The position numbers and the translations under genes were made by a program. This document shows positions 37,462-49,203 of a stretch of 62,000 nucleotides of DNA, one piece after another. The notes below the pieces were generated by a model that was given only the letters and a program-made list of their open reading frames with translations, was not told the origin of the DNA and ran no database searches. This DNA is from Chiloscyllium plagiosum (taxonomy: Eukaryota). Numbering within the stretch: the stretch's first letter is position 1; the number at the start of each line of letters is the position of its first letter. The stretch lies in contig NC_057718.1 of the NCBI RefSeq assembly GCF_004010195.1, forward strand, positions 1,619,696-1,681,695, read 5' to 3'.

Positions 37462-40133
37462 GAACCCCACTGTCACTATCCCCACCCCCCAGAACACCGA
37501 GGGGAACACTACCCCTGCTCATGACTCCACCCCCATTCCCCCCACCATCACACCCACTCCAGTTACAGGCCCCGCCCCCACTCCCAGCTCTACACCCACA
37601 TCGGATCCCAGCTCCCAGCCCTGCCGAGTTTTCACTATACCCCCAGACCTCTCCCTCACTGAGGACGAACGATCAGTCCTCAGCAAAGGACTCACCTTCA
37701 TCCCCCTCCGTCCACGCATCAATGAATTTAATATACACCGTGACATCGAACACTTCTTCCATCGCCTCCGCCTCCGAGCTTACTTTCACAATCAGGATTC
37801 CCACCCACCTTCCGAGGACCCCTTTGCCCACCTCCAACACACTGCATCCACCTGGACACCCTGCGCTGGCCTATTACCTGCCCTCGACCTCTTCATTTCC
37901 AACTGCCGCCGGGACATTAATCGCCTCAACCTGTCTACCCCCCTCCCCCACTCTAATCTCTCACCCTCACAACACGCAGCCCTCCAATCCCTCTGCTCCA
38001 ATCCCAACCTCACCATCAAGCCAGCGGATAAAGGGGATGCAGTGGTAATCTGGCGCACTGACCTCTACACCGCTGAAGCCAAACGTCAACTCGAGGACAC
38101 CTCTTCCTACTGCCCCCTTGACCATGACCCCACCCCCCATCACCAAACCATCATCTCCCAGACCATACAGAACCTCATCACTTCAGGAGATCTCCCACCC
38201 ACAGCTTCCAACCTCATAATCCAGGAACCCCGCACTGCCCGGTTCTACCTCCTTCCCAAGATCCACAAGCCTGACCACCCTGGCCGACCCATTGACTCAG
38301 CATACTCCTGCCCCACTGAACTCATCTCTACCTACCTCGACACTGTCCTATCCCCCCTAGTCCAGGAACTCCCAACATACGTTCGAGACACCACCCACGT
38401 CCTCCACCTCCTCCAAGACTTCCGTTTCCCCGGCCCCCAACGCCTCATCTTCACCATGGATATCCAATCCCTCTACACTTCCATCCGCCATGACCAGGGC
38501 CTACAAGCCTTCCGTTTTTTCCTCTCCAGACGTCCCCAGCAGTACCCTTCCACGGACACTCTCATTCGTTTAGCCGAACTGGTCCTCACCCTTAACAATT
38601 TCTCCTTTGAATCCTCTCACTTCCTCCAGGCCAAAGGGGTAGCCATCAGCACACGTATGGGCCCCAGCTATGCCTGTCTCTTTGTTGGCTACATAGAGCA
38701 GTTGATCTTCTGTAATTACACCGGCACCACTCCCCACCTCTTCCTCCGCTACATTGATGACTGCATCGGTGCCACCTCGTGCTCCCGCGAGGAGATTGAG
38801 CAATTCATCAACTTCACCAACACATTCCACACTGACCTTAAATTTACCTGGACCATCTCTGACACCTTCCTCCCCCTCCTGGACCTCTCCATCTCCATTA
38901 ATGACGACCGACTTGACACTGACATTTTTTACAAACCCATCGACTCCCACAGCTACCTGGATTACACCTCTTCCCACCCTACCTCTTGCAAAAATGCCAT
39001 CCCGTATTCCCAATTCCTCCGCCTCCGCTGTATCTGCTCCCAGGAGAACTAGTTCCACCACAGAACGCACCAGATGGCCTCCTTCTTTAGAGACCGCAAT
39101 TTCCCTTCCCACGTGGTTAAAGATGCCCTCCAACGCATCTCGTCTACATCCAGCACCTCCACCCTCAGACCCCACCCCTCCAACCGTAACAAGGACAGAA
39201 CGCCCCTGGTGCTCACCTTCCACCCTACCAACCTTCGCATAAACCAAATCATCCGCCGACATTTCTGCCACCTNNNNNNNNNNNNNNNNNNNNNNNNNNN
39301 NNNNNNNNNNNNNNNNNNNNNNNNNNNNNNNNNNNNNNNNNNNNNNNNNNNNNNNNNNNNNNNNNNNNNNNNNNNNNNNNNNNNNNNNNNNNNNNNNNNN
39401 NNNNNNNNNNNNNNNNNNNNNNNNNNNNNNNNNNNNNNNNNNNNNNNNNNNNNNNNNNNNNNNNNNNNNNNNNNNNNNNNNNNNNNNNNNNNNNNNNNNN
39501 NNNNNNNNNNNNNNNNNNNNNNNNNNNNNNNNNNNNNNNNNNNNNNNNNNNNNNNNNNNNNNNNNNNNNNNNNNNNNNNNNNNNNNNNNNNNNNNNNNNN
39601 NNNNNNNNNNNNNNNNNNNNNNNNNNNNNNNNNNNNNNNNNNNNNNNNNNNNNNNNNNNNNNNNNNNNNNNNNNNNNNNNNNNNNNNNNNNNNNNNNNNN
39701 NNNNNNNNNNNNNNNNNNNNNNNNNNNNNNNNNNNNNNNNNNNNNNNNNNNNNNNNNNNNNNNNNNNNNNNNNNNNNNNNNNNNNNNNNNNNNNNNNNNN
39801 NNNNNNNNNNNNNNNNNNNNNNNNNNNNNNNNNNNNNNNNNNNNNNNNNNNNNNNNNNNNNNNNNNNNNNNNNNNNNNNNNNNNNNNNNNNNNNNNNNNN
39901 NNNNNNNNNNNNNNNNNNNNNNNNNNNNNNNNNNNNNNNNNNNNNNNNNNNNNNNNNNNNNNTTGTACTCTATGCTACTCTCTCCCCACCCCCACCCTCC
40001 TCTAGCTTATCTCTCCACGCTTCAGGCTCACTGTCTTTATTCCTGATGAAGGGCTTTTGCCCGAAACGTCGATTTTGCTGCTCCTCGGATGCTGCCTGAA
40101 CTGCTGTGCTCTTCCAGCACCACTGATCCAGAA
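37462..40133 (+). mobile_element. Near full-length Penelope-like (Neptune-type) retroelement; RT with one premature stop; GIY-YIG part inferred to lie in the gap
   Basis: VLSKGLTF, IKPADKG, FYLLPKIHK, GRPI, MDIQSLYTSI, GPSYACLF and RYIDD; TAG at 39050-39052; terminus after gap 39274-39962. Confidence 0.95.
40043..40070 (+). ncRNA. Minimal hammerhead ribozyme motif (intact core)
   Basis: CUGAUGA-A-GGGC(UUUU)GCCC-GAAAC-GUC. Confidence 0.8.
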
Positions 40134-40229
40134 TTATGTTTCATATCCAGTGACCTTTCTTATGAACTCAAAGTGAGATGGAGAGTCCATACACTGACTG
40201 TGGTGATTGGAGGAGCAGCAAGAAAGGGA

Positions 40230-42040
40230 AAATTGGAAGTGTTCCTTTAAACACTGTGTGCAGTTAAATGTTGGAGAAATAAAGCAGCAGTTAACCACTG
40301 CGAGACAGGAGAAATATTTCTGAACCCAATCAAGGATCAGGCTGTTTTGGATCTGGTAAAGTGTAATAAGGCAGATTTAATAATAATATCAAAGTAAAAG
40401 ATCCCCTCGGAAAGAGTGACCATAAAATGATAGAACTTAACAATCAATTTAAAAGGGAGGAACTTGGGTTAGAAACACAGATGCTCAACTCAAACAAGGG
40501 CAATTGCAAAGTAATGAGGCCAGAACTGGCTGGAGTGCATTTGGAAAGGAGTTAAGCAGCAAAGATGGTCGAGCAACAATGGCAGACTTTTAAGAAACCA
40601 GTTCTTGGCTCATAGCAAAGAGATATACTGCTGAGGAAGCAGGATTCAATGAATAGGATTACCGAAAATGGCAAAGATTAGTGGTAAGTCAGAAGAATGG
40701 CAAAGCTTTAAGATCAGCAAAAGGCAATAAATAAAAAAGAGGGACAAAATAAACTTGGAGGGTGGCATGGTGGCTCAGTGGTTAGCACTGCTACCTCACA
40801 GTGCCAGGGACCCGGGTTCAATTCCAGCCTCGGGTGACTGTCTGTGTGGAGTTTGCACATTCTCCCCATGTCTCCATAGGTTTCCTCCAGTTTCCTCCCA
40901 CAATCCAAAGATGTGCAGGTTAGGTGAGGTGGCCTTGCTAAATTGCCCATAGTGTTCTGGGATGTGTAGGTTAGGAGCATTAGTCAGGGGTAAATGTAGA
41001 ATAATGGGGAATGGGTCTGGGTGGGATACTCTTTGGAGGGTTGGTGTGAACTTGTTGGGCCAAATGGCCTGTTTCCACACTGTAGGGATTCTAAGTACAG
41101 CAAACTTTGTTTTAACTAGTACCTTATGAGCTAGTACTCTCAATACACCGGCAGAAATTATACACCTCAAGTACCAATGAAGCTTACTTATTACTTATTA
41201 TTCTGTCCAATTATTATCGGTTTTAAATTCTTTTATCTCAATGTCAATTTTATTGTTCAATGAGATGGTCACACTAAATAGCAACAGTTGATTCAATTTC
41301 AAGTCAATTTCTCCTTAAATATCGCAATCTATCACAATGTCCGAGTGATCAGTTGAGGATAAGTGAGAAGGCTGTCTGCAGGTAAGTTTTATTTAAGGCA
41401 AAATCACATTTAAGTGATTTATGCTGTAAATGAAGTATAACAGTACTGTGTGTACATCCTCTATTACATTTCTGTTACTGAGTGTGTGTGTTTATGTTAA
41501 TTATGTGGTCCTCATGATTATCCAGACTGGCACGCTGCTGGTCCCATAAATGCTGGTTAATTAAATGTCTGCTGCATTATCAAGACAGACTGCAAGAGCT
41601 TCTTCAAATATATAAAGAAAAGAGAAGCCAGGTTAACATAAGTTCCTTAGAGAAAGAGGTGAGGAATTAATAATAGGGGACCAGGAAATGACAGAGGAGT
41701 TGAATAAATATTTTGCATCAGTCTTCACAGTGGAAGACACTAATAGTATCCCAAAATTACTATATTTTTAAGGGACAAAAAAGAGGAAAGCAAATAAATA
41801 CGATAACTGTTACTGGAGAAAAATCTACAAGGGAAACTATAGTGAGGTTAAAGACTGATAGGTCCCCTGAACCTGATGAGTTGTATCCTGGGTTAGTGAA
41901 GGAAGGAGCTATAGAGATAGTGAATGCACTGGTAATAATCACTGGCAATAATTTTCCTGGAAAAAGTCATAGAGGTTTGGAAAACTACCAACGTGATATT
42001 TTTATTTGAAAAGGGAAACAGTAAAAAATCAGGTAACTAT
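40230..42040 (+). mobile_element. Decayed CR1 ORF2 fragments with a nested HE1 SINE (40757-41092)
   Basis: SDHKMIE, LNKYFASVFTVED and DRSPEPDELYP; SINE head and tail visible. Confidence 0.78.
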
Positions 42041-43942
42041 CTGATACTAAAACAGAAATTGCAGGAGAAACTCAGCATATCTGGAAGCATCTGTAGCAAG
42101 AAGGCAGAGTAAATTTTTTGAGTCTGGTGATTAATCTTCAGAAAAGTATAATATCTAACAGTATTCCTATCAGGACTTGAATTTTTTTTTACCCTTGTCC
42201 AGTCCCTTCCCACTTAGATCCACAATTCTTCGTCAGTTTTACAGTATACATCAATTTCAGAATTTCCCGTTTGGGTGCACCAGATGCCTCCTGTTCATCG
42301 TGAACCCCGATTGTCATGCTCTTAAAGCTTTCTGCTTTGCCTTGCAAGAAAGGCCTGAATCGTTCCCATCCAGCACCACTCTCCTCCAGCTGGCCGAGTT
42401 TATCCTCACCCTGACCAACTTGTCCTTTAACTCATCTCAATTTCTTCAGATTTCTTCAGGGGTGGCTATGGGACCTGCATGGGCCCCAGTTTTGCTTGTT
42501 TTTTTGTGAGATATGTGGACCATTCTTTGTTCCAACCCTACTTGGGTTCCTCCCCACAATGATTTATCCGGTACATCGATAATATCATTGGTGCTGCTTC
42601 CCTCTGCATCTGGAATTGGAAAAAATTATCAATTTCACTTCCAATTTCCACCCTGCTGTCACCTTCACATGGTCTATCTCTGACTCCTACCTATTCTTCC
42701 TCAATATCTCGAGGGACAGGCTGGTCACCGACATGCAGTACAATACCACTGACTCCCACCGTTACTTGGACTATACATCTTCACACCCTGCTTCCTGGAA
42801 AGACTCTATTCCATTCTCCCAGTTTCTCCATCTCCATCACATGTATTATAATAATGCTGCTTTCCACAGAGAGGACCTAAGAAATGTCCACCTTTTTCCT
42901 CAATCAAGGATTCTCTGTCACTGTGGTTGATAAGATCATTAGCTTTGTCTGATCCATTTCCCACACTTCAGCCCATATCCCTTCTCTTCCCTCCCACCAA
43001 CAGCAATAGGGTTCCTCTTGTTCTTACCGACCATCTCACCAGCATCCAAATCCAATGGATCAAGAACCACTATTTCTCCACCTCCAATGGGATGCCATCA
43101 CTAGACATATATTCCCCTCTCCTCTCCTCCCTTGTCAAGTCTTCCACAGAGACCATTCCCTCCGGGATATCTTGGTCCACTCTTTCTCCACTTTTCAACA
43201 TCTTTCCATGCAATCGCAGAAGATGTAACATCTGCCTGTTTACATCCACCCTTCCTCACTATCCAAAATTCCAGACACACCTTCCTCGTGAAGTAATGAA
43301 TTACCCACTTTACTTCAAACTAATCTACTGTATTCACTGCTCACATGTGGGTTTTTTCTGCACTGGAAATGAAACACAGATTGGGTGACTGTTTTGCGGA
43401 ACACCTACATTTTATCCACAAAAAGTACCTCAAGCTTCCTGTTCCCTGTCACTGTAACCTCCCCCCACCCCCCCACCCTGTTCCCGGCCAACATCTCTGT
43501 CTCAGGCTGGCTGCAGTGCTCCAGTGAAGCTCAGCACAAGCTGGAAGAACAGCACCTCACCTTCCACTCGGGGACCCTGCAGCCCTCCGGACTCAAGATC
43601 GAATTCGATAATTTTAGAACCTGAGCACCTCCTTTCAGGTCCTTTACTCATCCCAACACATCAGGCCTTCTTTCAGCACAGCACACCCATTTTCACCTAC
43701 TCATGGTCCCATTATCATCTTTTCTTTCTCCCTGGCTAATGATTACTCATCACTTTGTCTGCCCAGCTGGTGTTGCTTTGTTTGGCTCTATGTCCACCTT
43801 TTGTTTACTCCATCCACAAACCACCCCACCATCTTCAGCATATACAGCACCTTTTCCTGGCTACAAACCAAACATGAACTCTCCTCTCTCTCCACAGATG
43901 CTGCCAGACTTGCTGAGTCCCGCCAGCAATTTCTGTTTATGT
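42040..43942 (+). mobile_element. Old, heavily decayed Penelope element (RT to GIY-YIG) with an inverted terminus at ~42045-42143
   Basis: GVAMGP, RYIDN, DSHRYLDYTSSHP, SIPFSQFL, CNRRRCNIC and GTLQPSGL. Confidence 0.85.
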
Positions 43943-44045
43943 TGGGGCAGTAGGAGTAGTTTGGAATTGATACAGTCTATGGAGAGAGTGTGGTATAGTG
44001 ACATTTGATTGAGGACAATGATGAGTGGGGTAATGGGATTGTTTT

Positions 44046-44866
44046 GTGTTAGTGGTGCTGGAAGAGCACATCAGTTCAGGCAGCATCCGACGAGCAGCAA
44101 AATCGACGTTTCGGGCAAAAGCCCTTCATCAGGAATAAAGGCAGTGAGCCTGAAGCGTGGAGAGATAAGCTCGAGGAGGGTGGGGGTGGGGAGAGAGTAG
44201 CATAGAGTACAATGGGTGAGTGGGGGAGGGGATGAAGGTGATAGGTCAGGGAGGAGAGGGTGGAGTGGATAGGTGGAAAAGGAGCTGGGCAGGTAGGACA
44301 GGTCCGGACAAGTCATGGGGACAGTGCTGAGCTGGAAGTTTAGAACTAGGGTGAGGTGGGGGAAGGGGAAATGAGGAAACTGTTGAAGTCCACATTGATG
44401 CCCTGGGGTTGAAGTGTTCCGACGTGGAAGATGAGGCGTTCTTCCTCCAGGCATCTGGTAGTGAGGGAGAGGCAGTGAAGGAGGCCCAAGTTTCCTTATT
44501 TCCCCTTGCCCCACATCACCCTAATTCCAAACTTCCAGCTCAGCACTGTCCCCATGACTTGTCCGGACTTGTCCTACCTGCCTAGCTCCTTTTCCACCTA
44601 TCCACTCCACCTTCTCCTCCCTGACCTATCACCTTCATCCCCTCCCCCACCCACCCATTGTACTCTATGCTACTTTCTCCGCACCCCCACCCTCCTCTAG
44701 CTTATCTCTCCACCCTTCAGGCTCTCTGCCTTTATTCCTGATGAAGGGCTTTTGCCCGAAACGTCGATTTCGCTGCTCCTTGGATGCTGCCTGAACTGCT
44801 GTGCTCTTCCAGCACCACTAATCCAGATTCTGGTTTCCAGCATCTGCAGTCATTGTTTTTACCACC
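44046..44866. mobile_element. Head-to-head inverted pair of Penelope family 1 termini (arms of about 330 bp) with 10-bp TSD
   Basis: Minus copy ~44049-44488 and plus copy ~44490-44862; TSD ggattgtttt at 44036-44045 and 44867-44876; hammerheads at 44105-44132 (-) and 44738-44765 (+). Confidence 0.9.
44738..44765 (+). ncRNA. Minimal hammerhead ribozyme motif (intact core)
   Basis: CUGAUGA-A-GGGC(UUUU)GCCC-GAAAC-GUC. Confidence 0.8.
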
Positions 44867-45241
44867 GGATTGTTTTGGGGTTGAGACAGGGTTATGGTGA
44901 GGGAGTGCAGCAATTGGATTAGTTTGGGACTGCACGAAGAGTACGGGGAGAGAGTAGGGCACTGCGATTAGTTTAGGATTGAAACACAGAGAGAGGGTAG
45001 AACAATGGGATTAGAGTCACAGAGTCATAGAGATGTACTGCATAAAAACAGACCCTTCGGCCCAACTTGTCCATGCTGACCAGATTTCTACATTAATCCA
45101 GTGTTTTAAAATTGCTTTCATAATCAACCAATTTAGCTTCCTGGGACAAAAGATCGCCACAGACAGGTTAGGCATGCATGACTGTGAATTGGTAAATTCT
45201 CATGGATTCTTGTAATTCTGATTTATCTAATCTCTCCTCAG

Positions 45242-45343
45242 ATTTGGTGCCCTGGTTTGAATCCATTTCTAAATGAAGCGTTTAATACTACAAACTGGGG
45301 TCAATTTCATGTGCAGACAACGAATATCTGTAATCAGATTGAG
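45242..45343 (+). CDS. ADCY8: ADCY8-like exon (extracellular loop with N-T-T sequon): IWCPGLNPFLNEAFNTTNWGQFHVQTTNICNQIE
   Basis: ctcctcag| acceptor and |gtacgg donor; 102 nt, phase 0-0; xWC...FN...T.IC...E pattern of the ADCY8 loop exon. Confidence 0.87.
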
Positions 45344-47609
45344 GTACGGCACCCATTGGTTTCTACAATTCTGACCCTTCATTTGTTTCCTCTGACTGAG
45401 GAAAGTTGATTGAAGGGTCACACTACATTATTGGGAACAGTGACAGAAGGTGTGATAGTGTGTTTGCTATGTTTCAAAGAGAACTGAAATGAAATAACAA
45501 CAAAAGTGTGTATTTATATAGCCCCTTCAATGTAATGAAATACTTCAAGGTACTTCACATGAGCATTTTGAAACAAAGTAAGTATAATTTGATAAACATT
45601 ACAAACACAAGACTGCAAGATGGCATAGACTGGGACCTGAATATTGGAGGGTACATGGCATTTTGGCAGGAGAACTTAGGAAAAGATAGGGGTGGGGGAT
45701 GGCAGGGGCCTCTGTTAATGAATTATGATATTAACACCACAAAGAGGGTTGTTGCAAACTCAGGAATCAAAGCTGAGGAGTGGTTTAGGTAGAGATTAGA
45801 AATCTTAAAGGCAAAAAGTAATTTAAGGGAATACAAGTAAAATACTATGGATACTAAAAATCTAAAATAAAACATGAAATGCTGGAGACACTCAGCATGT
45901 TTGGCGAGAGAAACAGAGTTAATATTTCAAATCTCATATAACTCCTTAAAAGTTAACAATTCATAGCATGTTTTCAGGTTTTTGTTTAGATCAGTGTTTT
46001 CTGGAGCTATCCAGAGAGCAAGCTATACACAACAATATGGTCTTGTGCAATAGGGTAAGATTAAGGACCTCAAAGTGAAGGCGCCGCTAGGTAGCAGCGA
46101 CCATGTTATGATTGAATTTTATATTCAATTTGACAGAATGCAGAATGAGGCCAAGTTTTTAATAGGAGTAAGGTAAATTTGAATGGTATGAGACAAGAAC
46201 TTTCAAAAATTAATTGGAGTAGACTGTTTGGAGGTAAATGACATCTGATAAGCAGTGGGCTTTCAAGAGTGCGATAATGAAAGTTCAGAGTCTTTGTGTC
46301 CCTGTTAGAATAAAAGGTAAAAGTGGTAGAATTAAAGAACAATTGATGAATAAAGATACTGTGGTTCTAGTCAAGAATAAAAAGAATCATATATTAGATA
46401 TAACCAACTGGGTTCAAATGAACGTCTTGAACATTACAAAGTGTGTAGGGCCATTCTTTAAGAGGGAGATCAGGAAGTCAAACAGAGGATATGAGGTAGC
46501 CTTGGCAAATAAGGCAAAGCATAATCCAAAGAGATTGTACAAATACATTAAGAGTAAGGGAACAGCTAGACAGATCATAAGATCCCTTAAAGATCAAGGA
46601 GGTCATCTTTGTGTTGAACCTCAGGAGATAGGAGAGATCCTAAATGAATATTTTGCATCAGTTTTTACTGTGGAGAAAGAGGTGGAAGCGAGAGAACTCA
46701 GGGAAATAAATATTAATGCTTTGAAAACAGTTCACATTACAGAATGATTGATCGATTGTAATGTGTACTGAGATAAAATGAAAAGTTTGTTAACAAGCAG
46801 TGAAAGCAGATCATAGTAAGCAAGGATATACAGGTCAAAAAGATTTAGACAGAGGCATATAGATTACACTGCACAGGGTGTGCACTAGGCGAGACCAGCG
46901 TTAGCAAGATCAGCTTTATTTGAGGCTTGAGGATGAAGTGCTAGAGGTGTTAGGAAATATAAAAGTGGATAAATCTCTGGGACCTAATCTATTTTATCAA
47001 AGGACTTTGTGGGACATTAGGTCGGAAATTTCAGGGTCCCTTGCAAGAATATTTGTATCATCTGTAAATACAGGTGAGGTGCCAAATGACTGGAAAGTGG
47101 CTAATGTTGTGTCTATGTTTAAGCAGGGATGTAAGAGAACTATCGACCGGGGATCTGACTTCATTGGTGGATAAATTGTTGGAGGTGATTCTGAAAAATA
47201 GGATTTATATGTATTTGGAGAGGGAAGGAATGATCAGGGATGATCAGCATGGTTTTGTGTGAGAGAAATCATGTCTCACAAATTTGATTGAGTTTTTTGA
47301 GGAAGTAACCAAGACGATTGATGAAGGCAGAATAGGATACATTGTTTATTTGGAGTTTAGTAAAGCCTTTGACAAGATTCCACATGGTAGACTAATTAGT
47401 TAAGTTAAATCACATGGGATTCAGGGTGAGCTTGCCAATTAGATACAAAATCAGCTTAACAGCAGGAGACAGAGTGATGGTGCAGGGTTGTTTCTTGCTC
47501 TGGAGGCCTGTGACCAGCATATTCCACACAGTCCACTTTTGTTTCCAAAAGAGAAAATGCTGGAAAATCTCAGCAGGTCTGGCAGCATCTGTAAGGAGAG
47601 AAAAGAGCT

Positions 47610-47640
47610 GACGTTTCGAGTCTAACTGACACTTTGTCAA
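47610..47640 (-). ncRNA. Hammerhead variant with U3-A8 core (family 3); second copy at 49208-49238 (+)
   Basis: AGCU-UUGACAA-A-G(G/U)GUC(AGUUA)GACUC-GAAAC-GUC-AGCU. Confidence 0.68.
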
Positions 47641-48883
47641 AGCTCAAGAAAGACTATTGTCGGAAATAGAGACAGAAAGGTCAAGGAAAGGAAGGCAAGT
47701 GCCGGAGATGGACCAGGTGAAGGTGATGGAGGGATGGAAACGGGAAGGGAAGTTTATGAATTTTTCCAGGTCAGGACGAGAGCATGAAACCGCACCAAAA
47801 TAGTCATCGATGTATCGATAAAGCAGTTGTGGGAGGGGACCCGGGTAGGCCTGGAACAAGAAATGTTCCACATACCCTATGAAAAGGCAGGCATAGCTAG
47901 GACCCATGTGGGTATCCATTGCTACACCTTTGATTTGGAGAAAATGGGATGAGTTGAAGGAGAAGTTGTTGAGAGAGAGAACAAGTTCAGTCAGGCGGAG
48001 GAGAGTGCTGGTGGATGGAGATTGTTCGGGCCTCTTTTTGAAAAAGAAGCGAAGAGCTTTCAAGCTTGGTGTGGGATGGAGGTGTAAAGAGATTGCACAT
48101 TCATGGTGAATAGAAGGTGGTTAGGGCCTGCAAATTGAAAGCAGTCAATGTGTCGCAGGGCATCAGAGGAATCCTGGATGTAGGTGGGGAGGGAGTGAAC
48201 CAGAGGAGCAAGGATGGAGTCAAGGTAGGAGGAAATAAGTTCGGTGGGGCAGGAGCACAATGACACAATGGGCCTGCCGGTACAGTCCTTCTTATGGATT
48301 TTGGGGAGTAGGTAGAAACGGGCTGTCTGGGGTTGGGAGACTATGAGGTTGGAAGCTGTGGGGGGGGAGGCATCTGCAGGAAATGAGGTCAGTCACAGTG
48401 TTGGAGACAATGGCTTGATGCTCGGTGGTGTGGTCATGCTCCAGGGGGAGTGAGGAGGAGGAATCTGAGAGTTGGCGCTCAGCCTCTGCGAGGTAGAGGT
48501 CAGTACGCCAAACGACAACAGCACCCCCTTTGTCAGCAGGTTTGATGACAAGGTTGGGGTTGGACCTAAAGGAGCGAAGGGCAGAAAGTTCGGATGGAGA
48601 GAGGTTGGATGGGTAAGAGGGGCAGAGAAATTAAGGCGGCCAATGTCCCGTCGACAATTGTCAATGAAAAGATCGAGGGCAGGAAATTGTCCTGGCGGGG
48701 GTGTCTAATTAGAGGTGGAATGTTGGAGGGATGTGAAAGGATCTGTGGAGTGGGGGGAGGACTCTTGCCCAAAGAAGTGAGCACGAAGGCGACGGCGACA
48801 GAAGAGCTCAGCATCATGTCGAGCCCGGAATTCACTGAGGTGGGGACGTAAGGGTACAAAGCTGAGTCCTTTGCTGAGAACAT

Positions 48884-49203
48884 GGGCGGCACGGTGGCAC
48901 AGTGGTTAGCACTGCTGCCTCGCAGCGCCAGAGACCCGGGTTCAATTCCCGCCTCAGGCGACTGACTGTGTGGAGTTTGCACGTTCTCCCCGTGTCTGCG
49001 TGGGTTTCCTCCGGGTGCTCCGGTTTCCTCCGACAGTCCAAAGATGTGCAAGTCAGGTGAATTGGCCATGCTAAATTGCCCGTAGTGTTAGGTAAAGGGG
49101 TAAATGTAGGGGTATGGGTGGGTTACGCTTCGGCGGGTCGGTGTGGACTTGTTGGGCTGAAGGGCCTGTTTCCACACTGTAAGTAATCTAATCTAAACTA
49201 AAC
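48884..49203 (+). mobile_element. Young full-length HE1 V-SINE
   Basis: A box tggcacagtgg, B box ggttcaattcc, V-domain, CR1-like tail and (aatct)n. Confidence 0.93.

Noticed and set aside
38570..39271. Antisense and alternate-frame ORFs over Penelope and CR1 copies (e.g. 26115..26576, 10648..11094)
   Set aside because: Shadow ORFs caused by C-rich codon bias, with no recognisable domains.
48884..48955. tRNA gene (also 20460-20531, 15308-15375, 40760-40830, 51882-51950)
   Set aside because: The A/B boxes are the tRNA-derived heads of HE1 SINEs and continue into V-domain and LINE-like tails.
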